DNA from: Deltaproteobacteria bacterium
GTDB lineage: Bacteria; Myxococcota; Kuafuiibacteriia; Kuafuiibacteriales; Kuafuiibacteriaceae
Assembly (NCBI GenBank): GCA_040218735.1
Contig: JAVJQW010000023.1
Location: 717,043-781,042 of the forward strand
Reading direction: 5' to 3'
Length of the DNA stretch: 64,000 nucleotides
A program made the translations under genes and the position numbers. The notes under the pieces were generated by a model. That model was not told the DNA's origin. It saw only the letters and a list, made by a program, of their open reading frames with translations, and searched no databases. This document shows positions 9,577 to 18,826 of this stretch, one piece after another (positions within the stretch are counted from its first letter, which is position 1; every line of letters begins with the position of its first letter).

Positions 9577-10938
9577 ATGCGCATGGACGACGGCGCCGGA
9601 CCGCGGGCGAGTCGAATCGCGAACCTGATCCTGACGGCAGGTCTGTTGGGTGGGATCGCCCTGGTCGTCGGCCCGATCCTGAGGTGGTCCCACTTCGGCG
9701 CGTACGTCGCCGAGCGCTGGATCGTGATCGGCGGGACAGGTGCCGTCCTCCACGCCGCCGCCCTCTTCGGGCCCAAGGCTTGGCGCAGCACCCTCGCCGT
9801 GGTGAGCGTGACGTTGGTGGCCTCGGCCTACCTGTTCGAAGTCGCGATCGCGTACGACTGGATCGAGCCCGACGCGGCGCAGGACGCCGAAGAAGCCGCG
9901 TGGCGCGCGAGCGTGCCGAACTACGACACGCGGATGAAGCTCGAAGTGCTCGAGGACCTACGCGCGGAAGGGCAGGACGCCTGGCCGGACATCGGACAAG
10001 CCACCCTCTTCGGGGGCCTCGACGTCGACGGACGACGCCTCGTCCCGATCTCCGGCGTAGCGACGGCGACCACCGTCTACTGCAACGAGAGCGGACAGCG
10101 CACGGTCTACGTCGCCGACGAACACGGCTTCAACAACCCGCGCGGCCTCTACGACGGTGCGGCAGATGTCGTGATCGTAGGTGACTCGTTCGCGCACGGC
10201 GCGTGTGTCCCCCAGGGCGAGGACGTCGCGAGCCAGCTCCGTCGAGCGCGCCCCGACCTCGCGGTCGTCAACCTCGGGTATGGCGGAGCCGGGCCGCTCA
10301 CGGTGCAAGCGACGCTCGCCGAGTACGCGCGCCGGCTGAAGCCGCGCGACGTCTTCTGGCTGTACTACTCGGGCAACGATCTGCGCGACACACAGCTCGA
10401 GCTCACCTCGGACGTCCTGACGCGTTACCTCGAGGACATCGACTTCACGCAGAACCTCTGGGACGCACGCGCCGGCTTCGACCCGGTGCTCCGTGCGTTC
10501 ATCGACGCCAAGGAAGCGGAGCGACGGGCCGCGGGGGCGTACGTGCCGCCGCCGGTTCCGCTCGGACCGACGCTGAAGCTGCAGCAGGTGCGGCGGCTGT
10601 TCGGGCTGAAGCCGTTCCCGGATCCGCAGGGGCCGTTCGCTCGCGCGGCCGCGCAGACCAAGGCGCGGGTCGAGCGATGGGGCGGACGCCTCCACTTCGT
10701 CTACGTGTGGAACTGGCCGCACGAACCCACCGGCGAGCGGTACCGCAAGGCGGAGGTGCTGGAGATCGTTCGAGGCTTGGGCATCCCCGTGATCGACACG
10801 GCCGCGGTCCTCGCGGACGCGACGACGCAGTACTACCCCTCGCGGTTCGGCGGGCACCTCTCGCCGAAGGGGTACCGCGCGCTCGCGGAGGCGATGGCGA
10901 GGGCGCTCCCGGCCTCCGATCCCGGGGCTTCCCCTTGA
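9577..10938 (+). CDS. Membrane-anchored SGNH/GDSL hydrolase-family protein
   Basis: Three N-terminal TM helices, DEHGFNN, IVGDSFAHG, NLGYGG, GND, GHLSPKGY. Confidence 0.85.
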   Translation: MRMDDGAGPRASRIANLILTAGLLGGIALVVGPILRWSHFGAYVAERWIVIGGTGAVLHAAALFGPKAWRSTLAVVSVTLVASAYLFEVAIAYDWIEPDAAQDAEEAAWRASVPNYDTRMKLEVLEDLRAEGQDAWPDIGQATLFGGLDVDGRRLVPISGVATATTVYCNESGQRTVYVADEHGFNNPRGLYDGAADVVIVGDSFAHGACVPQGEDVASQLRRARPDLAVVNLGYGGAGPLTVQATLAEYARRLKPRDVFWLYYSGNDLRDTQLELTSDVLTRYLEDIDFTQNLWDARAGFDPVLRAFIDAKEAERRAAGAYVPPPVPLGPTLKLQQVRRLFGLKPFPDPQGPFARAAAQTKARVERWGGRLHFVYVWNWPHEPTGERYRKAEVLEIVRGLGIPVIDTAAVLADATTQYYPSRFGGHLSPKGYRALAEAMARALPASDPGASP

Positions 10939-11005
10939 TCCTACGCGCAATCTTTCGTCGCACCGAGCCCACACAAACGGTTGATCTCTTTCTCTTGAAT
11001 CAATA

Positions 11006-11395
11006 ATGTCGCCAAACATGAAATCGATGTCTTCCATCCTGACTCTCGCACTGGCGGGGCTCGCTCTCGTCGCGTGCGAAGGGGCGCCGGTCGGCGAGCC
11101 GACCGCGGAGGAGACGCTTCGGAGCGTCGACGTCCCTGAAGACTTCGACTTCGCCACGACGAAGTCGCTCTACGTCCTCGTCTCCACGGCCGACGCCGGG
11201 CGCGTCGAGGTGATCGACGCACGCGGCCGCACCCGGTTTCAGGGGCCGGCGCTCACCGAGCGACCGACGGTCGTAAGCCTGAGCGTGCCGAGCGCCGACG
11301 ACCACGTGCGGCTCCGGCTGACGAACGGGCGCGGCGTCGAGCGCATCGCCGTCGCGCAGATCGTCGACGACGTCGCCGAGTTCCGCTTCGACTGA
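11006..11395 (+). CDS. Small lipoprotein, paralog of 27973..28356
   Basis: Lipobox LALVAC; VDVPEDFDFATTKS vs VEIPEDFSFVTKKS and C-terminal VAEFRFD vs TAEFE in the paralog. Start may be 11018. Confidence 0.8.
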   Translation: MSPNMKSMSSILTLALAGLALVACEGAPVGEPTAEETLRSVDVPEDFDFATTKSLYVLVSTADAGRVEVIDARGRTRFQGPALTERPTVVSLSVPSADDHVRLRLTNGRGVERIAVAQIVDDVAEFRFD

Positions 11396-11430
11396 TCAGC
11401 GCACCTGATCAGCGCACCTGATCAGCGCGA
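11392..11430. repeat. 13-bp tandem repeat x3 (CTGATCAGCGCAC) between convergent genes
   Basis: ctgatcagcgcac ctgatcagcgcac ctgatcagcgcga; each unit contains the palindrome CTGATCAG. Confidence 0.9.
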
Positions 11431-13038
11431 TCGGCCGACGTCGACCGTCATCGACACGGACACGTCGCCCGTCGCGACGCGCGCTTCGAGGCGCGCGCCG
11501 TGCTCTGCCCACCACGCCGCCGCGTCGTTCGGCGTCCACGTTCCGGTCTCATCCGCACAACCATCGATCGCCTTCGCGAGCTCGAAGGCGGAAGCCGGAC
11601 GATCCTCGGGCGCCTTCGCCAAGCACTGCATCAACAGCGCCTCGAGCGTCGGGGACAGCGGGGCGTCGCGGTGCTTCGAGATCGGATCCGGCGTCTTGTG
11701 CAGGTGGTCGCTGCAGACCTGAACGACGCTGTCGCCCGGGAACACCGGTCGCCCCGTGAGCAGGAAGTAAGCGACGGCTCCGACCGCGTACAGATCACTT
11801 CGCGCGTCGACTTCGTCCGGTGAGCGGATCGTCTCGGGCGACATGTACTGCGGCGTGCCGCTGATTACGTTGGTCTGCGTGAGGCTCACGCCGCCATGCG
11901 TCTGGATCTCCTTCACCAGGCCGAAGTCCAACAGCGTCACGTGATCGTTCGCGCCGCCGAAGCGGTGCGGCAGCGAGACCATGATGTTACCGGGTTTGAT
12001 GTCGCGGTGGATCAAGCCGACGCCGTGCGCCTCGATCAACGCGCCGCAGATCTGTAGCAGCAAGTGACGCACGCGCGCCTGGGGTTGCGGTCCGCCGACC
12101 CGGACGATGCGATCGATGTCGGCGCCCGCGAGCAGCTCCATCGCGTAGTAGAAGACGCCGTCCGAGGTGTGGCCGTAGTCGAAGATGGTGACGGTGTTCG
12201 GGTGCGCGAGCTTGGCCGTCAGCTGCACCTCGTTCTCGAACCGCTTCAGCGCCTTCTCCCCCGCGCGCTCCGGACGGAGCAGCTTCACCGCGGTGGGGCG
12301 CCGAAGGAAGGCGTGATGCGCGCGGTAGACCTCACCCATCCCGCCCTCCCCGAGCTTGGCTTCGAGGCGGTACTGCCCGAGCTGAAGCGCGTCGCGCACC
12401 TTGCGGCGCAGGCCGTAGATGACCCACGACGCCGACGTGGCGATGGCGGCGGTGAGGAGCCACCAGACCCCCTGGGTGATCGTCAGCCAGAGCGCGATCG
12501 TGTGACCGTCCTCTTGGAAGTTTTGGGGGTCGATCGCGGACCACCTCGCAGCGTCGATCTTCGAGAAGGCGATGTAGTTGCCGATCAGCATCGCAGCGCC
12601 GATGGCCACCGACAACGCGAGCGTCCGCCGACCGGAGCTGGGCACGAACACCGAGCGCGCCAGCAACGCGTACGTCAGGGCGACCAGCACGATCATGTCC
12701 GGCCGCGCGATGAGGGGGATGAACGTACCCATCGCGATCAGCGCGATGCTCCCGGTGAGGACCCCCGTCGTCTCCAGCCGACGGAGCCCTGTCATCGACA
12801 GGTCGGTGTGTCGCGCGATGGCCCAGACGACCAGGAAGTTGAGCGAGGCGGCGCCGTGGAGCGGGTAGGAGAGGTTGGTGATCTCCGGCCAGGCCTCGAC
12901 GAGGATGATGATGATCGTGCGGTAGAGGAAAAACGCACCGATCAGCGCCGTCGAGACGAGCGCGGCGAGCTCCACCCGCCGCTTCAGGAACGCCCGTTCC
13001 TCGTCGGTCGACGAGGTCTCGATCCCCGGGGCGCTCAA
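11422..13038 (-). CDS. Ser/Thr protein kinase with N-terminal multi-TM sensor region
   Basis: About six hydrophobic helices, then LGEGGMGEVY, AVKLL, IHRDIKPGN, LDFGLVK, GTPQYMSPE, DLYAVG. Confidence 0.95.
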   Translation of the reverse strand: MSAPGIETSSTDEERAFLKRRVELAALVSTALIGAFFLYRTIIIILVEAWPEITNLSYPLHGAASLNFLVVWAIARHTDLSMTGLRRLETTGVLTGSIALIAMGTFIPLIARPDMIVLVALTYALLARSVFVPSSGRRTLALSVAIGAAMLIGNYIAFSKIDAARWSAIDPQNFQEDGHTIALWLTITQGVWWLLTAAIATSASWVIYGLRRKVRDALQLGQYRLEAKLGEGGMGEVYRAHHAFLRRPTAVKLLRPERAGEKALKRFENEVQLTAKLAHPNTVTIFDYGHTSDGVFYYAMELLAGADIDRIVRVGGPQPQARVRHLLLQICGALIEAHGVGLIHRDIKPGNIMVSLPHRFGGANDHVTLLDFGLVKEIQTHGGVSLTQTNVISGTPQYMSPETIRSPDEVDARSDLYAVGAVAYFLLTGRPVFPGDSVVQVCSDHLHKTPDPISKHRDAPLSPTLEALLMQCLAKAPEDRPASAFELAKAIDGCADETGTWTPNDAAAWWAEHGARLEARVATGDVSVSMTVDVGRSR

Positions 13039-13059
13039 GACGAGGCGTAGTTAACGCCC

Positions 13060-15252
13060 CTAACCCTGCCCATCAAGCTCGCTGCGATCGAACGTGATCG
13101 CGCTCGCCGATTTCCTCAGATCGGAGGCCGCGGCGTGTTTGGGACGCTGCGCCACCCGCTGGGGTGCAAACGCAGTTCGCTCGAAGAGGCGCGCCGCGAG
13201 GTCCGGCGGGAGCACGTTCTCGAGGTATTCGAGCGCCGTGCCGCGTAGGCGTTTGTCGTCGCCCTCCAGCGCCCCGAGCGCGAGGCGAACGACGTCGTGC
13301 TCCAGCGCGAGCCCGAGCACTTCGAATACGAGGCCGAGCGCCCGGTGGACGCCGGTGCGCGTCGGTGGGTCGCTGCGGAGCCGTGCGCGGCGCCTCCACG
13401 TGGCGTCGTCCACCTCGAGCTCCGCCCTCGCCTGCGCGAAGGCTCGTGACTCGTCGTACGGGATGGCCACGCCGCGCTCGACCAACATCCCGAGCGCGCG
13501 CGCGGAGAAGTAGCGCACGTCGAAGTCGTCGTCGCTCAGCCCGCGGACCAGCACGTCGGCGACGCGGGTGTCGTCGGAGGCGCGAAGGATCCGAGGGAGC
13601 CTCCGACGCATCTGCAGCGGCGCCTCCTTGTCGAGGAACGCGTCGGTGAGTTGACCTGCGATGTGATCGACGCGCGCCTCGAGCGCGCTGCTGACGGCGG
13701 CGACGAGGGCGCTGTCCGAACGGGCGAGGAGCGGCGCGAGGAACGGGACGAGCTTCGGGTCGAGGTCCGCCTCCAGCAGCGCTCGGATCTGCTCTGGCGA
13801 CCCGTGCGCGATCGTACGAATCGCGGCGCACCAGCGCTCGGATTCTCCGTCGTCCACCACGCGGCGTACGGCCTCTTCGACCACCGCGGCCGGTTGGCTG
13901 CCCGTGCTCCCGGTGACGTCGCGCAGCGCTTCGATCTCCGCGAGGAGGCGATCGCGATCGAGGGCCATCGTCGTGGACGCGAGCGTCTGGCGGGTGGTGG
14001 CGTCGACGACGTCCTTTTCGTCGAGCGCGACGACGCCGGACTGGAGGCTGTGTGCGAGCTCGCTGACGTAGCCGCGATGCAGCCCCAGGCAGAGCGCAAG
14101 CGCGGTTGCAGCGAGCACAGCGGCGAGGAGGATCACCGCGAGGTTCACGGGGAGCGCGACGGCGACGAGCACGATGATCACGCCGCTGCCGATCATGCTC
14201 CCTAGGCGCCCGAGCGCGACGTCGATCACCACCTTGATCGGTCGCTTCACTGCGGGATCGACCGGCGTGTAGAGGAGCTCGTACGCGGAGCGGAAGACGG
14301 AGTTCGCCACGACCGACTGCACGCCGGTCGCGAGCGCGATCGTCCACAGCTCGAAGTGGAGCGCCGCACCGATCGAAGTGCCGATGACCAACGCCGGGCC
14401 GAGCGCGAGTGTGCCGCCGAGGCCGAGTTTGTCGAGGCTCTTGTTCGCGAAGCCGACCTGGACCACGAACGTCACGAACGCCGCCGCGGTGTAGAAGATC
14501 GCGAAGAACGACACGAGGCCGCGCTCGTCGGCGTGGACCTCGGCGGCCTTCGCCTTCAGCGCGTACTCCAGGAACACCTCCAGGAGCGCCACCGAGACGA
14601 CGACCGCCGCGACCGCGCGCAGATACCGACTGCGGGAGAGCGGTCGAAAGCCCTCGACGAAGCTCGCCGCCGCGCGGGTCATCGAGTCGACGCCGTGTGC
14701 GATGCGCGCGACGCCGATCGCGCCGCCGATGTTCGCGACGGCGAGCAGGAGGAGGATGTGCCGAGGGTCGAGCCACACGCCGACGCGCTCCGCAGCGAGG
14801 CCCCCTACCAGGCCACCGAGGGTCGCGCCGGTCGTGATGCGCGCGACGGCGAGCTTGGCGGTGTGGGGATCGAAGCGTTCGTTGACGACCGACCAGAAGC
14901 CGCTGATCACCACGCCGCCGACCGCGGCGGTGTGCAGGTAGATCGCGGCGGCGACGACCCCGGGGAACTGCGGCGCGAGTACCCACTCGACGCCGAAGAG
15001 CACGCCGTTCAAGGCAAACGCCGCCGGCACGAGACGGCGGGGACCGACGCGCGCCATCAGACGTGACGTCGCGAGCACGGCGAGGAGCGAGAGCAGCGCC
15101 CCGGCGACGACGGCGCGCGGCAGATAGGTCGCGGGGAAGCTCGAGAGGAACAGCGCGTCGCGCGCGACCTTCCCGGCCACCTGCTGGGCGATCATGGTCC
15201 CGGCGACCGCGGAAGCCCCGAGCAGCGGTCCCTTGGCATCGTCCGTCGTCAC
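13060..15252 (-). CDS. MFS/Npt (TLC ATP/ADP translocase-like) transporter with C-terminal HEAT repeats
   Basis: GKVARDALFLS, FWSVVNERFD, RSAYELLYTPV...KVVID; about 12 TM; HEAT-like GLSDDDFDVRY and RGTALEYLEN. GTG start at about 15252. Confidence 0.8.
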   Translation of the reverse strand: MTTDDAKGPLLGASAVAGTMIAQQVAGKVARDALFLSSFPATYLPRAVVAGALLSLLAVLATSRLMARVGPRRLVPAAFALNGVLFGVEWVLAPQFPGVVAAAIYLHTAAVGGVVISGFWSVVNERFDPHTAKLAVARITTGATLGGLVGGLAAERVGVWLDPRHILLLLAVANIGGAIGVARIAHGVDSMTRAAASFVEGFRPLSRSRYLRAVAAVVVSVALLEVFLEYALKAKAAEVHADERGLVSFFAIFYTAAAFVTFVVQVGFANKSLDKLGLGGTLALGPALVIGTSIGAALHFELWTIALATGVQSVVANSVFRSAYELLYTPVDPAVKRPIKVVIDVALGRLGSMIGSGVIIVLVAVALPVNLAVILLAAVLAATALALCLGLHRGYVSELAHSLQSGVVALDEKDVVDATTRQTLASTTMALDRDRLLAEIEALRDVTGSTGSQPAAVVEEAVRRVVDDGESERWCAAIRTIAHGSPEQIRALLEADLDPKLVPFLAPLLARSDSALVAAVSSALEARVDHIAGQLTDAFLDKEAPLQMRRRLPRILRASDDTRVADVLVRGLSDDDFDVRYFSARALGMLVERGVAIPYDESRAFAQARAELEVDDATWRRRARLRSDPPTRTGVHRALGLVFEVLGLALEHDVVRLALGALEGDDKRLRGTALEYLENVLPPDLAARLFERTAFAPQRVAQRPKHAAASDLRKSASAITFDRSELDGQG

Positions 15253-15314
15253 CGGCGTCGGGCGCAACGTGCCACGGCGCGACGCCGCGGGCCACACGTG
15301 AGAGTCTTCGGGCC

Positions 15315-16973
15315 ATGGCGACAGACATCGAGATCAGCCAAGCCGCCCAGCCCCGCCCGATCGTCGAGGTCGCGGCAGAGCTCGGGCTGGGCGAAGACGA
15401 CATCGTGCCGTTCGGCCGGCACAAGGCGAAGATTCCGCCGGGCTCCGAGGGGGCGTCGCGCGGCAAGCTCGTCCTGATCACGGCGGTGACGCCGACGCCC
15501 GCCGGCGAGGGCAAGTCGACGTGCACGATCGGCCTCGGCGACGCGCTGCGACGCCTCGGGAAGAAGGCGCTCGTGTGTATTCGGGAGCCCTCCCTCGGAC
15601 CGGTCTTCGGGATGAAGGGCGGCGCGGCCGGCGGCGGCTACGCGCAGGTGATTCCGATGGAGTCGATCAACCTGCACTTCACGGGTGACCTTCACGCGAT
15701 CACGTCGGCGCACAACCTGTTGTCGGCGCTGGTGGACAACCACCTGCACCACGGCAACGCGCTCGGGATCGACCCGCGCCGTATCACGTGGCCGCGGACG
15801 ATCGACATGAACGATCGGTCGCTGCGTTCGACGGTGGTGGGTCTCGGCGGCACGGCGAATGGACCGGTGCGCGAGGACGGCTACGTCATCACGCCGGCGA
15901 GCGAAGTCATGGCCGTGCTGTGCCTCGCGCGGGACCTCGAAGATCTCCGCGCGCGGCTCGACCGGATCATCGTGGGTTACACACGCGACCGGCAGCCGAT
16001 TCGCGCGGCGGACCTGCAGGCGACGGGCGCGATGACGATGCTCCTCGCGGAGGCGATGCAGCCGAACCTCGTGCAGACGCTGGAGGGCGGCCCCGCGCTC
16101 GTGCACGGCGGCCCGTTCGCGAACATCGCGCACGGGTGCTCGTCCCTGGCGGCGACGCGGCTCGGCCTTTCACTCGCGGATGTGGTGCTCACCGAAGCGG
16201 GCTTCGGCGCGGACCTCGGGGCAGAGAAGTTCTTCGACATCAAGTGTCGCGAAGGCGGCCTCGAGCCACAGGCCGCGGTGGTGGTCGCGACGGTGCGTGC
16301 GTTGAAGATGCACGGCGACGTCGACAAGGACGCGCTCGCGACGCCGGACCTCGCGGCGGTGGAGCGCGGCCTCGGGAACCTCCGGGCGCACGTCGAGAAC
16401 GTGCAGCGCTTCGGCGTGCCGGTGGTCGTCGCGGTGAACCGCTTCGCGACCGACACCGAAGACGAGCTGAAGGCGGTGCTGGAAGGCGCGCGCGGCTTGG
16501 GCGTGCGCGCCGAGGTGATGGACGCCTGGGGCCAAGGCGGCGCCGGCGGCGAAGCCGTGGGAGAGGCCTTGCTCGCGACGCTCGAAGAGGGCCGCGCCGC
16601 GTTCGAACCGCTGTACGCGGTGGACCGCCCGCTGCGCGAGAAGATCGAGACGATCGCGCAGAAGATCTACGGCGCGGACGGCGTCGACTTCGGCCCCGAC
16701 GCCACGCGGGCGCTCAAGCAGATCGAACGCATCGGCCTCGGCGGCACGCCGGTGTGCATGGCGAAGACGCAGTACTCGCTGTCGGACGACCCGACGAAGC
16801 GCGGGCGACCGAAGGACTTCCGAATCACGGTGCGCGACGCGTACGTCTCCGCGGGCGCGGGGTTCACGGTGGCGCTGACGAGCAACGTGATGACGATGCC
16901 GGGGCTGCCGAGGGAGCCGGCGGCGGCGAAGATGGGCGTCAGCGCCGCAGGAAAGATCGAAGGCCTGTTCTAA
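15315..16973 (+). CDS. fhs: Formate--tetrahydrofolate ligase
   Basis: MATDIEI, TPTPAGEGKST, KGGAAGGGYAQV, INLHFTGD, HGGPFANIAHG, EAGFGADLGAEKF, CMAKTQYS, MTMPGLP. Confidence 0.98.
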   Translation: MATDIEISQAAQPRPIVEVAAELGLGEDDIVPFGRHKAKIPPGSEGASRGKLVLITAVTPTPAGEGKSTCTIGLGDALRRLGKKALVCIREPSLGPVFGMKGGAAGGGYAQVIPMESINLHFTGDLHAITSAHNLLSALVDNHLHHGNALGIDPRRITWPRTIDMNDRSLRSTVVGLGGTANGPVREDGYVITPASEVMAVLCLARDLEDLRARLDRIIVGYTRDRQPIRAADLQATGAMTMLLAEAMQPNLVQTLEGGPALVHGGPFANIAHGCSSLAATRLGLSLADVVLTEAGFGADLGAEKFFDIKCREGGLEPQAAVVVATVRALKMHGDVDKDALATPDLAAVERGLGNLRAHVENVQRFGVPVVVAVNRFATDTEDELKAVLEGARGLGVRAEVMDAWGQGGAGGEAVGEALLATLEEGRAAFEPLYAVDRPLREKIETIAQKIYGADGVDFGPDATRALKQIERIGLGGTPVCMAKTQYSLSDDPTKRGRPKDFRITVRDAYVSAGAGFTVALTSNVMTMPGLPREPAAAKMGVSAAGKIEGLF

Positions 16974-17008
16974 CCAACTTCCTCCGCCGACCTGAGACCC
17001 GGCGCTGA

Positions 17009-17093
17009 CCCCCAGCCCCAGCCCCAGCCCCAGCCCTCGCCCTCGAAAGCGATGACCGAAGGGCCAGGGCTGGGGAGAGGGCTCGGGCTAGGG
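17009..17093. repeat. (CCCCAG)n / (GGGN2-3)n imperfect inverted repeat between convergent genes; possible terminator or G4
   Basis: cccccagccccagccccagccccagccctcgccctcg ... gggccagggctggggagagggctcgggctaggg. Confidence 0.6.
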
Positions 17094-18686
17094 TTTTGTG
17101 GCTCGTTGGTTTGCGAACGCAGTGCTCGGATCGAACACCTCCCCCTCCAACAACCCCTCCGCGAACCTCAAGATCCGCTCCCTCAGCTCGGGCGCCAAGT
17201 TCGGGTACCAAGCCGGGCACACCAACACCAACGCCCGCCACGCGAAGTACGGCGCGACGAGCTCCAGAACGTCGTCGTCGCCCGTGCGCTCCAGGTACAC
17301 GCGCCAGAACAGATCCCACACCTGGCGCAGCGCACCGTCGAACGCGCCGTTCGTCGACAGCGCGAAGAACGCGTAGTTGATCGACAGCGCGGTGACGTCG
17401 TCCGCCGGATCTCCCGCGCCGCCGCGGCTCGCATCGAGCACCGTGAAGTCGGCGCCGTCCGCGAACAGGATGTTGAACGGGTGGAAGTCGCCGTGCGTGC
17501 GGCGCGAGCGATCGTCGCGGTCGCGGAGGCGCCACAGCCAGTCGACCGCCGCGTGTTCCATCGAGCGGAGGCGGCGGGGCGTCGCGATCGGGTCGGCGGG
17601 ATCGAACGCGTCGACGAGGCCGAAGATGCCTTCGCCGTGCCCCACGAGGTCGCGCGTCGCGCGGCGACGCTCCGAAGCGGGCCTGCGCTCGGCGTGCATC
17701 TCGGCGAGGTAGTACGCGAGCGCCGAGGCGCGCGTCGCGTCGAGCACCGTGGGCTCGGCGAGCTTCGCGAGGCGCGTGAGGTCGTGCGCGTAGAGCTCGC
17801 CGTCCACGTAGGTGGTGAGGAGGAACGGCTCGCCGTCGGCGATCGACTGCATCCGACCGCGGCGATCCACGAACCCGAAGTCGAGCGGCGCGACGTGGCG
17901 CCGGTAGTTGCCGAAGTCGTCGAACGCGAGCGCGAGCCCGTCGAACCGATCCGCGCGCCGCTCGTGCCCGAACGCATCGACCCCCATCGTCCGCAACGTC
18001 ACGTCGCGCTGCGCGCCGCCCTGCTCGAACGTCACCCGCAGCGGGTGCCCGTAGCCGTGCGCCTTGAGGCTCTCCTGCACCTCTTCGCCGAGCGGCGTGA
18101 GGCCCTTCAGCACCGCCCCCGCGTAGCCGTGTTCGTTCAGGTACCGCTGCACGTGCGCGGGCCGAATTCCGGTGCCGCCCTCCCCGCGCAGCCGCGTGAC
18201 GATCGCGTCGGCCACGGCGTCGACGCCCTCGGCGTTTGTGTCGAACTCGAGGTCGGGGTGCTCCGGCGGCTCGTAGTCCGCGCCGCGCCCCGGCAACGTG
18301 TCGATCGTCCCCGCGCGCGCCGCCGCGTACAGGCCCTTCGGATCCCGCGCCTCGAGCACGGCGTCGGGGGCGTACAGATAGACCTCGACGAACCGCTCAG
18401 CCTCCGCGCGCGCGGCGTCCCGGTAACGGCGTCGCGACGCCGTGGCGGCGACGACCACCGTGGCGCCGGACTCCGCGTGCATCGCGGCGAGCCCGGCGAG
18501 CTGCGCGTAGAAGCGGTCGCGCTCGGCGGCGTCGTAGGTGGGCTCGGGGGTGAGCACCGCCCGGAGGGCGTCGCTATCCAGCAGCAGCGCCCCCGGGCCC
18601 AGCCGCGCGACGACGGCCTCCGCCACCGTGGTCTTGCCGCAGGCCGGGGGGCCCGTCAGCCAAACGACCTCGCCTCCGCCTTTCAT
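17088..18686 (-). CDS. Adenylyl-sulfate kinase-like domain fused to an aminoglycoside-phosphotransferase-like domain
   Basis: WLTGPPACGKT, LDSDALR, RDPKGLY, YEPPEHPDL (CysC-like); HGDFHPFNIL and VLDAS (APH/choline kinase-like). Confidence 0.85.
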   Translation of the reverse strand: MKGGGEVVWLTGPPACGKTTVAEAVVARLGPGALLLDSDALRAVLTPEPTYDAAERDRFYAQLAGLAAMHAESGATVVVAATASRRRYRDAARAEAERFVEVYLYAPDAVLEARDPKGLYAAARAGTIDTLPGRGADYEPPEHPDLEFDTNAEGVDAVADAIVTRLRGEGGTGIRPAHVQRYLNEHGYAGAVLKGLTPLGEEVQESLKAHGYGHPLRVTFEQGGAQRDVTLRTMGVDAFGHERRADRFDGLALAFDDFGNYRRHVAPLDFGFVDRRGRMQSIADGEPFLLTTYVDGELYAHDLTRLAKLAEPTVLDATRASALAYYLAEMHAERRPASERRRATRDLVGHGEGIFGLVDAFDPADPIATPRRLRSMEHAAVDWLWRLRDRDDRSRRTHGDFHPFNILFADGADFTVLDASRGGAGDPADDVTALSINYAFFALSTNGAFDGALRQVWDLFWRVYLERTGDDDVLELVAPYFAWRALVLVCPAWYPNLAPELRERILRFAEGLLEGEVFDPSTAFANQRATKP

Positions 18687-18826
18687 CCCGGGCAGTTGGG
18701 CTGCATCGGTTGTGCCGCGCCGGGCGGCTGTGGGTTCGCGGCGGGGGGTTTCGAATCGGAAACGTCGGATCTTCGGCGGACCCGCGTCAGATCCAGAGCC
18801 GACACCACGAATGCCTGAGCACGGTC

